DNA from: Lama guanicoe | Taxonomy: Eukaryota | Assembly (NCBI GenBank): GCA_013239625.1 | Contig: MU053881.1 | Location: 12,910,879-12,974,878 of the forward strand | DNA length: 64,000 nucleotides | Direction: 5' to 3' | Shown: in pieces, positions 36,081-47,956 of the stretch | How positions within the stretch are numbered: position 1 is the first letter of the stretch | Layout: each line of letters begins with the position of its first letter | Notes under the pieces: model-generated | What the model saw: the letters and a program-made list of their open reading frames with translations, nothing else | Told to the model about the DNA's origin: nothing | The model's database searches: none | Translations under genes and position numbers: made by a program

Positions 36081-37180
36081 GCACAGCAAAGGAAACCATA
36101 AGTAAAACAAAACAACAACCTATGGAATGGGAGAAAATTTTTGCAAATGAAACCGACAAAGGTTTGATCTCCAGAATATATAAGCAGCTCATAGGACTTA
36201 AGAAAAAAACAAACAGCCCAATCCAAAAATGGGCAGAAGACCTAAACAAGCAATTCTCCAAGGAAGAAATACAAATGATCAATAGGCATATGAAAAAATG
36301 CTGAATATCACTAATTATCAGAGAAATGCAAGTCAAAACTACGATGAGGTATCACCTCACACCAGTCAGAATGGCCATCGTTCAAAAGTCCACAAATGAC
36401 AAACACTGGAGAGGCTGTGGAGAAAAGGGACCCTTCCTTCACTGCTGGTGGGAACAGTTTGGTGCAGCCACTGTGGAAAACAGTATGGAGATTCCTCAAA
36501 AGACTAGGAATAGACTTACCATATGACCCTGGAATCCCACTCCTGGGCCTATATCCAGAAGGAACCCTACTTCAGAATGACACCTGCACCCCAATGTTCA
36601 TAGCAGCACTATTTACAATAGCCAAGACATGAAAACAGCCTAAATGTCCATCAACAGATGACTGGATAAAGAAGATGTGGTATATTTATACAATGGAATA
36701 CTATTCAGCCATAAAAATTGACAACATAACACCATTTGCAGCAACATGGATGTTCCTGGAGAATGTCATTCTAAGTGAAGTAAGCCAGAAAGAGAAAGAA
36801 AAATACCATATGAGATCGCTCATATGCAGAATCTAAAAATAAATTAATTAATTAAATAATAAATACAAAACAGAAACAGACTCATAGACATAGAATACAA
36901 ACTTGTGGTTGCCAGAGGGACATGGGGTGGGAAGGGGCAGACTGGGATTTCAAAATGTAGAATAGATAAACAAGATTGTACTGTGTAGCACAGGGAAATA
37001 TATACAGGATCTTGTGGTGGCTCACAGTGAAAGAGAATGTGACAGTGAATGTATATATGTTCATGTATAACTGAAAAATTGCTCTACACTGAAATTTGAT
37101 ACAACATTGTCAAATGACTATAACTCAACAAAAAATGTTTAAAAAATAAAGCAATCTGTTATGGTAAAAAAATAAAAAAT
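36081..37180 (+). mobile_element. Young 5'-truncated L1 (ORF2 C-terminus and 3'UTR) with target-site duplication
   Basis: Peptides [22 protein letters not shown] and [19 protein letters not shown] aaagatgaa(c/t)gc at 36071 and 37181; TT|AAAG endonuclease site. Confidence 0.93.
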
Positions 37181-37614
37181 AAAGATGAATGCTAAATTCC
37201 TGTTGTACTCATGATTACAATAGTAGTTAATCATGTGAGTTGAAGAAGTGTATTTCAGACCAAGGAAGAAACCTTTAAATTATCTGGAAGAGGGGGAAGA
37301 ATAGATACAGGGAGGAGTACAAGTAGGAGACTGGAAGCTTGAAGTCCCTTAGTTTAATTCACTGAGTTGGCCCAGCAGGATGCCAAGGCAAGAATCATTT
37401 CTACCATCAGGGATATGTCATTGTACCCATGGCTATTGTAATTAGGGAGCATCCATTAAAATGTGGTTTGGTCCTGTCTGACATCACATTTAACTGCCAC
37501 ACAGTCCTATTATGAAGTTTGAAACATAAGACTACTTAGAACAACTGTATTTGCATTATAATAGGGTCTGCATTAAATTTCACTGATTGACATTATACTA
37601 AACTATTTTAGATG

Positions 37615-37800
37615 GCTCTTTCAAAGTGTGTGTTCCCAGATCAGGCACAACCGCATCATCTGGGAGCTTAGAAATGAAATTTCTTGTGACCTATCCCACA
37701 TACCTACAGATTCAAAAAGTCTAGGGGTGGGGCTGAGAAACTTGTATTACAATGCCCTGTAGGTGATTTTGGTATGTGTTCAACTTTGACAACCACTGTA
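37615..37800. mobile_element. MER5-type hAT MITE
   Basis: tcaaagtgtgtgttcccaga...gcatcatctgggagcttagaaatg...ggggtggggc...aaccactg. Confidence 0.65.
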
Positions 37801-40174
37801 GTAAAGGAACACAAGAGCAACTTTGTAGAAAATTTTGCTAACTTCTTATTATTAATGTTGTTTTTGGTGATGGTAGTGGTAATGGAGGTGGTAGGTACAG
37901 TGTTATGAAAAGGCTCTGTCCTGGTAAATCTGTCTGGATTTAGACATTGCTATATTTATGGGAAGATTTTTTGTTTTTGTTTTTCCTGAATGACTTAGAG
38001 GATCCATGACTTTCTCCCAATATCCCTTTAATCACTTAGAATCATGGAAGGTGAAAGTCTCATAATGTTCTGGGGATAGAAAGAATTGCTCCATTCCAAT
38101 GTCCAAGGGATTGTTCAAATTAAGATATTAGTGTAATAGTTAGAATTTGTGACATTTTCTCCATTGTGACTCTGTAGTTTTGATAAGAAAGGAGAAAAAA
38201 ATATTTGGGTCTAGCCTAAATTTATTGGAGATTTATTCTGCTTGCTGATAGAAGCTACTTGAATTTTGCATTTAGATTATCAATTTAGTTGATAAGTATT
38301 TTAATTACCGAGCTGTTAGTTAGAACCACCATTGGCTTCTTACATTACTGATTAAAGATAGGCTTTGAAACACCTGTCATTTGTCTTCAAACGTCTGTAG
38401 CATAAAGTAGAATTTTTTTTCTTCCACTTTTATTGTGCTTAGAAGAATTTAATAAGAGGCACCTTTTCTTTTTGTAAAGTTTCCTATAAACTGTGTTGAC
38501 AGTGTTGCCTCTGGTGTAGATGGTGACTTTGAAGACTTGCGGTAGGTAAAGCTCTAAGTCTAGAATTACGTAATCAGGAGCTCAGCTCGCACAAAAGTAC
38601 ACACTGAAACAGTTTCAGAGACGTTTCTGTTTACCCTGGCAGAGTCACTATGCCATGGGAAAGTGTCACTGAATAAACAAGTTAACCATAAGTTTCTATT
38701 GAACATACACTGTTGTAGCTAAATGAAATTCTGTAGTGCTTCCTTTTTCAAACAAAATAGGAAAGAATTTCCAGTTTGACTATTCCAATCACCTAATTCT
38801 TACTAAGATTAGATTGGTACCACCCCATTAGAATATTGTCCAAGATTCATTACAATAATATATATTTTGCAATAATTCGAAGTCATTCCTTTTCAAAGTA
38901 CATTACTCAGAACAGTAATACTCCGTGTGTGTGTATGTGTGTGTGTGTGTGGAGGATGGGGATTAGAGGGATGGAGAGAGTTCAGAGATAAAATGTATTT
39001 GGTTAATGCTTCACGTGACAGATGCCTGTTAGTGTCTAAAATGTTAATATTTCTTATGTATCTCTAATACATTTTGGAATTTGTTTAATAGAAGCGTCCA
39101 ACACTTTTAAAAATATAGCTTCTTTAATTTTCAAAGTAACTGTTATAAGCATATCTTTGAAAATGTTCCTCTAAAAAGTTTTCCATTGGAGTCGACAGTT
39201 TTTTATCATTATTAATGGAAATGTCATCTTCAGATTCAGGCCTGAAGACTAATTAGATGAGGTTATCAAGCAGAATAAATGTTTTACTTTTCTTTTCCAT
39301 AAAATTCTTCTAAAGTACTTTGGTATAAAATACCCTGCCCACACCAAAGAACAGCCATCCCCATTCCTATGTAGAGTTCTCCTTCCCACATACAGCACAC
39401 CACGTCAGTGTGCTCAGTGTAAGAGACGGAGTCATGCCTTGTTCTATGTAGTAGAAGCGTATATGAAAGATTCTATCATTGTGAGACCATACTATATTTC
39501 AATCATTTTTGAGCCATTATATTTATAATGTAAGATTTGTAAACTGGGAAGTCTAGCAAAGTCATGGCAAAGAAGGCTGATAATTTAGCAAACCTTTATT
39601 AATTATTTACCGTGTTCAAGGAACTGTACTGCCCCTTAAGAAACAGTGATTCTTGCTGTCATGGGGCCAATGGTAGAGCTCTCACTTAATTAAGCTATCT
39701 TTCTTAGAGTTGACTAGCTCAGAATCTCCCTTATTTAATCTAGTTTTAACAGCATAAAGAATGATAACTATGTTTATTGATCACGTGCTTGTCTGTCATA
39801 ACTTGTTTGGTAATTCCCCTAACAATTTTGGAGATACATATTCCTATTTTGCTTATAGCTGTGGAAACAAAAGCCGTGAGGATTTGAGACATTAATAAGA
39901 GCAGAAACAGATTTTGAATCCAAGTTGTCCCAGTTTGGAAGACTTTTTCTTCGCTATACCTTATGGCTCATATTGAAAAAGACTATTTCAGTCTTTATTA
40001 AAAAATAAATAGTTATTTCTGAAGAAAAATAGAAATTCTGTATTATCTTTTCAGGTATCTAAAAATAGAGATCTCGGATCCAGAAAGTCAGAATTTGGTT
40101 GTGTTTTGATTCTGCTCCTAACATGCTCTGCGACCCAAAGTAGGTTTCTTCCACTTAAATTTTTGTCCCACTTT

Positions 40175-41000
40175 TTCAAAAATATATTATTGAAATTAAA
40201 CATGGAAAAAAGGCACAGATCATATATATTATAGCTTGATGTACTTTCAGAACATGAACGCATCTGTTAAAAAACACCCAGATTATAAACCCGTTAGAAG
40301 CTCTCCTCACCCAATCTTGTCCTGCCTTCTGATATGTATCCTTCCCAAGGGTGATTACTCTCCTGATTTCCAACAGCAAAAGTGAGGCTTCTGGAATCAC
40401 ACAATTTGCATTCTATAGCATTTGGCATATTTCATTCAACCGTATGCTGATGAGAGGCATCCATAATTTTGCATGTAATGAGATTCAATTTTCGCTGTTG
40501 TAAAGAAGCTACAATTTGTTTATCTGTTCTAATATTAATGGGTTTTGGGGTAGTTTCTAGTTTGGGAAAATAATGAATAGAGCTCTTTGAGCCAGCTCAT
40601 GTATATCTTTTGGCAAATATTTCTGCTGTCATATAGCAAAGGAGTGAAACTGTTGGGTCATAGCATTCCATTAGTAGATGTTGCTAAGCTGTTTTCAAAG
40701 TAGTTTTTACCAATGTGCACTCCCACCAAAAGGGTATAAGAGCTGTGATTGTGCCACATCTTCCCTGATACTTGGCATTTTCCTTAAAAATTGTCTTTCT
40801 GTGTAGTTATTTTAGTGTGCGCGGTGTCATCTCCTGATTTTCTTGTTTAATTTTACTTAATTGGCATTTTCCTGATAAATGATGAAGGTAAATCTCTTTC
40901 CATCTGTTTATTACCTCTTTGAATGTACTTTCTGTGGATTACCTATTTGACTTTCACTTATATAGCTGTTGGGTTGTCTGTATGTTTCTTATTGATATTT
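40175..41000 (-). mobile_element. Ancient L1 (L1ME-like) 3' fragment
   Basis: Degenerate 3'UTR/ORF2 end: gtagtttctagtttggg, tgcactcccaccaa, gcattttcctgataaatgatga. Confidence 0.6.
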
Positions 41001-41931
41001 GGGTAAAATAATATACATATTGAATACAGGTATAACTAACTCTTTCCTACTCTGTATCCACACCTTTTAAATACGAAATAAAGCAGCTGTCCTATTTATC
41101 TTCCAGACTAATTTTGAAGGAATACAAAATACTTGAAATTGAGTCAAAAATCACTTGACAGGGTATTATGAAATAAGTATCAGAGGATTGATGTTACACA
41201 GAATTTCATGACTACTTTATTCTATTGTTTAGAAGTCTAATATTTCATCTTGGCTCTCAGTGGACATTTATCACTGAGCATCTCAAATGCCAAATGAAAA
41301 TCATGCGTCTCTCAGAAATTTACCCCAAGTTTGAGCTACCAATCATGACTAATCAGGACAGTTATTTAATTCCTCATAACCTCAAAACTCATCTTCAGAA
41401 CTAAAGCAATTCATTTTTTGAGATGAAGTTGCTATGACTAGTACATTTTCACCCCTTATTATCTTTTTGATTTTCCATATTCTAATTTGGAAAGATTTGT
41501 CTAATGATGTTTTTCCCCCTGTGCTTTAGTTTTTATTTTAGGCATTTCATTTTCCTAATATCCACTGAATATGATGATCTATCTGTATGCCCTTGTGACC
41601 AGCTTAAAGGTTTCACTGGAAATCTATTCTGAAGGAAATACCCTAAGCAAATATGTGAAAAGTAACTTACTGTATTTATTTTACAAGCAGAATCTCATAT
41701 ATAACATTGTACTCATTAAGATCAGTTATCTTAATGTATCAGTTACCTGTTCACACAAGATCAGTTACCTTTGTTTCATCTCATTATTAGCCTAACAGGA
41801 ATGTTTCTTTTTAAAATGTAAGTGCCACCAAGCAGTTCATTTCTTTGAATCTGAATGCTGTGATGACAAGACATCAGGGCTGTGGTAGAGATCATTTTTG
41901 GGAAACTGGGAGTCTTTGCCTAGAGCCTTCT

Positions 41932-42069
41932 TTCTGGTTTCTTTTTGAGGGGAGAGGTAATTAGTTTTATTTGTTTTTCATTTTTTTTTAATGGAAGTAC
42001 CGGGGATTGAACCCAGGACCTTGTGCATGCTAGGCAGACACCCTACCACTGAGCTATACCCTCCCCCCT
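41932..42069 (-). mobile_element. tRNA-derived SINE (Vic-1-like) with perfect TSD
   Basis: A/B boxes; TSD tagagccttct at 41921-41931 and 42070-42080. Confidence 0.9.
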
Positions 42070-42744
42070 TAGAGCCTTCTGATTCTACGGCAGGAACAGT
42101 TTTATGTGGATCAAGTTATTCATTTGCAAATAGCTTTTCTGGATTTACCATACTCAAGCTCAGTAAGGTGTTGCTTTCACTCACATTAAAAACAAAACAA
42201 AACTAAATTTAAAAAAAAACTTCACATTTATCCTAAATCCAGTTAGACATTATATGAGTTACTATTTTATATGCCTTATATAATTTTATTGTTTTAAATG
42301 GTTTGGGCAACATAGGATTCAGTCTCATATATGTCATAATATATATGTCGTAAATAATTTTGTCATCTTTGAGGAATTTTTTGCAGATTTTTTTCTCAGA
42401 TGAACATTTTTAACAGGGAAACACAAAACCTAGGAGATGAAAGATATTTCTCTTTTATTAAAGAAACACTTTTTCATAAATAATATATAATAATTGCAGA
42501 ATATTTGAAATATAGAAGAAAAAACCTGAGGCAATATGAATCATTCATAATCTCACATTTAACAATAACTAATAATGACATTTTGATTTATATATTCCCT
42601 TCATTTTTCTGTTTCTCTACATTTATACATACACATATGTACACACACAAGTCTTTAAAAAAAAAATGTTCAGTGAGTTAAGAGAACGAGTTTATGCAGT
42701 TTTAACTTTTGAAAAAAACATTCAGAGAAATTTACCACTATGTG

Positions 42745-42945
42745 CAGTACATGCTGGAGCTGGCTTGTGGTGGTTCTTGATATCCTCTTGTCTGCAGTTT
42801 TTCTCCAGCTCTGAGTTTAGTGATACCATGTTGCTAGATTGAAATTGTTCATGGCAGGAATGTTTATGCCACGGAAATGGGCATGTGTTGTCAATAGTGA
42901 CTTTTTTCAGAGAGCTGATTATTAAAAGTTTATCAGCACACCATA
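42745..42945. mobile_element. hAT-type MITE remnant (MER63-like)
   Basis: Imperfect terminal inverted repeats cagtacatgctg.../...cagcacaccat. Confidence 0.45.
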
Positions 42946-44229
42946 TTTCCTCAAGTAGTGAAGTTCTCTGTGATATTTATACTTTACTTTCTCTTCTTGT
43001 CCTAGAAATGGGAGGTAGTAATGACAGCAGGTAGGAGAGAACAAGAAGGGAAATTGGAAATTTTTATGGGAGGAAAAGAAGCTGAGTGGAAGTCATGAAA
43101 TACTGCAGTGAAGGAAGTCTTTTGAGCCAGTTAGTCCTAAGACTTTCAGTGTTCTCCGAGTCTGGTCAGTGAGAGAGTCGTAGTTTATTGCTTGGTGATC
43201 TTTGCCTTCTGCAGGTCTCTCAGAGCTTCTCAGCAGGATGGTAAACTCTTGGTTCTACTTACTTTGTATTTTCTTCCTAGCCTAATGCCCAATGTGTAGT
43301 TGTTGCTCTGTGTCTATATGCAACTAAATAGCTTCATTTAATACAGATCATATTTTATCAAGTGAAAGGTAAGACAACATCATGAAATGAGAAAAAAATA
43401 GTGCTCTGGAGTTTGAAACTTGGTTCAGCTAGCTAGGATGAGATAAATTTTAGGATGCATATGACTGAAAGTAAGGGTAAGCCAATGTCGTGCTTTAAAA
43501 GAGTTGCAAAGGAGACTTACTCTTTGAAATAAGAGTATAAGAATATATTTATATTTATGTGTAGTTTCAGACCCCAAATACATAAAGGTTCATTTGATGT
43601 CACAAGTTCCATTTCTATCTCTCATTCTGCCTCTTCTCATATATATAGATGTGCTCTCCCTATGTGTTTGAAAGGTAGTTTTCAGCAGGTCCAGTTAAGA
43701 TTAAGAATAAAGGGTGACTTGTCCCAATCTCAACAAAAATTTCTAAAATTAAAAATTAATTATGATCAGACTGGCTTACATCCTGATGGTATCCTTGAAT
43801 CAGTCCTAAAAGCCATGGGAGTGAGTCTAGGTCTAGATGTAAAACCCTGTTCAGACAGCTGGACTCAGAGTGGGGGATGGACATACCACTAAAGGAATAC
43901 TTAGTCTAAGGTTTTAAGAAAGCAGATTGGGTATAAAATAGATTTATCCAGTCAAATAATAAGTGATACAGCTTCCCTGTACTTCAGGTTTCTCATCTTT
44001 AACGTTGGAATCAGGAAACTCAAAAGGATTTTTGAAGTGTCTAGCACTGTGGCTGGACCAGTGTGCTCATTTAAAACTATTTTCATCTCCTCGTCAAGTG
44101 CTGTGTGAAACAGCTGTCAAAATCTTACTAATCAATTTAACAAATGAAATATTAAGAAATCAAATCCAGTGGGATAATAATGGAATAATGTACCATGACT
44201 ATGTATTTGTTTTACATAATGAAAGTTTA

Positions 44230-46120
44230 CAAGTTAGCTAGGCCAAGCCATGCTGCAGTAACAGACTGCAAAAACCTTAGGGGCACAATACAGCAAAAAT
44301 GTTTTTATTGCTAAGATCGGTCTGGTATAGATCGAGTGTTTCTCCCCCAAATAGTAATTCAGAAACCGAAGCTATTTGCATCCTGTGGCTCTCAGTTCAC
44401 TCTGGCTTTATCCAGCTAGGAGTAATAGACATGAAAGGGAAGGGTGGCACAGAAATGACATTGATGATCAATCAGAATGTGTTATGACCATATCTAGAAT
44501 GTTACAAATCATTTATGTGCACATTCCGTTTACCAGAAATCAGTTATATGGTCTCAACTTAACTGCAAGGACGGCTGGTAAACGGTTTTCCTTGTGTCCA
44601 GGAGGAAGAAATGATACGGTGAGTTTCTAGGCCGTCTTCCTCATAGTGCCCCATATACATCCTTCCAAACCCTAACCAAAACAAGCATCTCTGCCTTCTC
44701 TGAGTGTAAATAATTACCACTTCCTAAAGATGTCAGCCCGCAACCCTATCCAGGCCCTGAGCAGTGCTTAGTCCTCTTCATAAGACCTGGATATAGTGGC
44801 CTTGGGGCTGGTAACCTATGAAATAAAAATAAAACTTATCTTCCCTCCACTGTCACTTGCTTCAGTATGAAATAGTGAACGTGGGTCAGGATGAGACAAT
44901 AAGTGTTTCATTCAAAAATAGGAGGAATGAGAAGACTAAAGCAGTCATTGGTCTGTGGGAATTTTGGGTCCTGACTCCTGCTCTAGAAGAATAGATACTG
45001 AAGGACAGATACCAAAGGCTGCTGATGTCTTAGATAGTCAGCGTTCCTTTAAGCTTCAGGTGTGTAGTTTATCTGACAACACAGTTCCCTCAGGTAGACT
45101 GTAGGCTTCCGATATATTTAAGTCTACTCAGCTTTACATTATGAAACTGTACCCAGAAATCTCTCATAGACCCAATTCTCTCATGGAGTTTATCTCTGTG
45201 TTCTCTCACTCTCATGCCTCTCCTCGTCCTCAACTTTAATGGGAAGACAAAATCCTTAATTTGATGTGTTCTCTGAGCCACTGAGAAGTTTTTCTGGGTC
45301 TCCATCCTCAGTCTTTTCAAATCCCATTCCTTATATTTGTAATCCAGAAGCAGTCTGAGAAACTCTTCAATTCTTGCACTCCTCATTCACTTTCAGCTAA
45401 GTTTGCGGACTGATCCATCCTTTCCTGAGAGTTTTCATTCCTGCAATACCTTCCCCAAAGGGCAGAACAAAACCCAAGACCAAATATTTTCATTCTAGTC
45501 TCAATCCTCTTTATGTAGAGGTGCCAGGGACATAGAAGTGCTGGCCTGGGGCAACACTTTTACCGAAGCTTTGACTGCGAATACCATTGATTGAAGTATT
45601 TGCAACTTTTGATATTGATTTTTTTTTAATGACTGCTGACCAACTGATAAGCAAGTGCTATTTAATTCAGGCTTTCCTGAAAGCAACACCACATCTTGTG
45701 CCAGATTTTCTGTTACAGTAGGCAATCGATGGTGGAGTCGTAAATTCTGAAGGCTCAGGGGCTTATCAGGCAAGTTTATTTCTCACACACACTGAAGTTT
45801 GAGACAAATCAGGTGGTCGTCTTCCAAGCAGGAATGCTAGGACCCGAGATGCTTACAGTTGTGTCTCCGTCATGTTGAGGCTCAGGGTCAGCCTGGTGTC
45901 ATCTGTCGGGCAGACTGGGCAGGGAGGCTTGAGGGCGTGGAGTTGGAAGAGGCAATGGACAAGACATTCTCCTTCTAGACGTTGAAGCAGCAAATAGCCC
46001 TTCTGTCCACGTTCTTTTGGCCTGAACCCAACCATATAATCTAACAACACAAAAGGCTGGAAACTGTGGTCTCTCTCTTCCTGTGAAGGCAAAATGGGAC
46101 GAGTGAGCATCTAGCCAGTC
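44230..46120. mobile_element. Degenerate MaLR element: LTR - internal region - LTR
   Basis: MLT1-like LTRs at ~44230-44640 and ~45715-46120 flank ~1.1 kb of non-LTR sequence. Confidence 0.5.
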
Positions 46121-47930
46121 TTTTTAATAACAATGAAGAAAGACCATTCTCAAAAAATCAGTTCAGCTAATCCCATTCAATGGTAGTATACCAAATAGGA
46201 ATTCCAGAACAAGCGAAATGTGTGTGTGTGCATGTGTATGAGTTTATGCACGTGCACATAGGCGTTGATGTGTTTGAGTAGGTGTCGTGGACGTTTAAGT
46301 CCTTCGCAGTTGCTGATCTTATTGCTGGCTACCTCTGCAACGTTGTTATTTCCAAACGAGGATGCTCAGTTCCGAAACAGAGAAACAGATATGCCTTTCA
46401 AAGTTGCTCAACTTTGCCACAAGCTAAAGCCTTTAGATCCAACATTTCACAGTCATCAATAATCTTCTTTAAGCTTGGCATGCCTGTGATCGTCCAGCAG
46501 AACTTCTGAGGGTGAGATAACACTCTTTATCCACGGAAGCAGAAGGAGATGCAAAGAAAGAAGGGAATCTCCAGTGATGTCTTCAGTGCTCCTGGACTGC
46601 CTACTGCTCTTTTTCACCCTGGTCTAGGCTGTGGGATTTCTTCATTGTCTTTTTTGACAGGAATCTGCCTTTTATTTTTAAATATATGTTTCTTTTTAAA
46701 AATAAAGAGAAAAGATGCATCTGGGCCTTAAAAAGCGATCAGTTAATAAGTGATGATTAATCTCCTTTGTCACTCAGCTATTAGTCACCTATTTTCCCAT
46801 GTTTAACAAAAATGGAATTTTCCCCATTAGTTATTAGTGACATTTACAAAAATAATTATCTCCCTTATATGGTTGTGTTAACAGTTGAAAGTTCTATTTT
46901 AGCTGTTTTCTATGAAACTAGCAGAATGGCATCTTAATTTCTACAAACCAGGTTGTCTTAACCTTGCCAAACAGAGCAAACTCATTTGCATTTTTGTGAA
47001 CAAAATAAGCACGTATGTTGTTCAGAGCAGCAGTGTGGGTGGTTCTGTCCACTTTTATTTTCTTCTCCGTAACAGGAAGCTTCCATGGTTCTGAGTCACC
47101 ACCTTGGTGCCCTTTCCTAAGCAGAATGACAGTTGGGTAGATGACTCTAAATCAGTTATCACTTGACCTGATGGTTCACAGCTGACAGACCAATGATTGA
47201 ATCCCAGCTCTATCCCATACGGGGAGCCAGAATAACCTTGGGACAATCTCATCACCTCTCTGAGCTCAGGATTTTTCATTTATGAAATGAGGTTAATAAC
47301 AGTATCACACCTGTCGTATAATAAATACTCAGTAATGTTAGCTGACGCTGTTCAACACACACGTTTTCCTTCTAACCTCATGGAATTCTGTGACAGACTT
47401 AAGACTAAGGTTATTTGAAAGAATCAATTACAGATTTATGTGTAAAGTGCTTACTACTTGCCAGCCCTGGGAACATGAAGAGAGAAAAAAATAGTTCCTG
47501 TCTTTGAAACTTGCAATCCAGCGGAGAAGACAGATGGGTAAGCAGATCACTGCAATAAAGTAGTTCATGACGTGGAAGTAGAACAAAGGAATGATGATTC
47601 ATCTTAGTAGAGCGGCTCTGAGAAAACAAAGAGGAAGAAGAATTTACTTGAGAGGCTGAAGGATGGGGAGGGGCTCACTAGTTGACTGAAACAAGGACAC
47701 CTGAGGCAGAAGGACCAGCTCGTGCACGGGGCTGGTAGCACAACAGAGTGGGATGTAAGGGGACCATAAGTCATGCAGTGTAACACGGTCTGTAGACAGC
47801 ATTGTGTATCGGGGAGTAAAAGGAGAAGCCCCTTGTGCCACGTGAAATACCAAGGGGGTGACATTGAAGGACTTTAAGCCTGACTGATACCCAATTTGCT
47901 GACGTTTATTGACAGGTTTTTTTGTTTTAG

Positions 47931-47956
47931 GGAAGTCTCCCATATCTTTATTCCAG
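47931..47956 (+). other. Candidate 26-bp micro-exon of an unidentified plus-strand transcript
   Basis: Branch-point-like gctgac at ~47898, tttttttgttttAG acceptor, exon GGAAGTCTCCCATATCTTTATTCCAG, donor CAG|GTAAGC; no stop in any frame. Confidence 0.45.

Noticed and set aside
41718..41780. Three short spaced repeats of atcagtta(t/c)ct, superficially CRISPR-like
   Set aside because: Short, degenerate and irregularly spaced; mammalian DNA with no cas genes.
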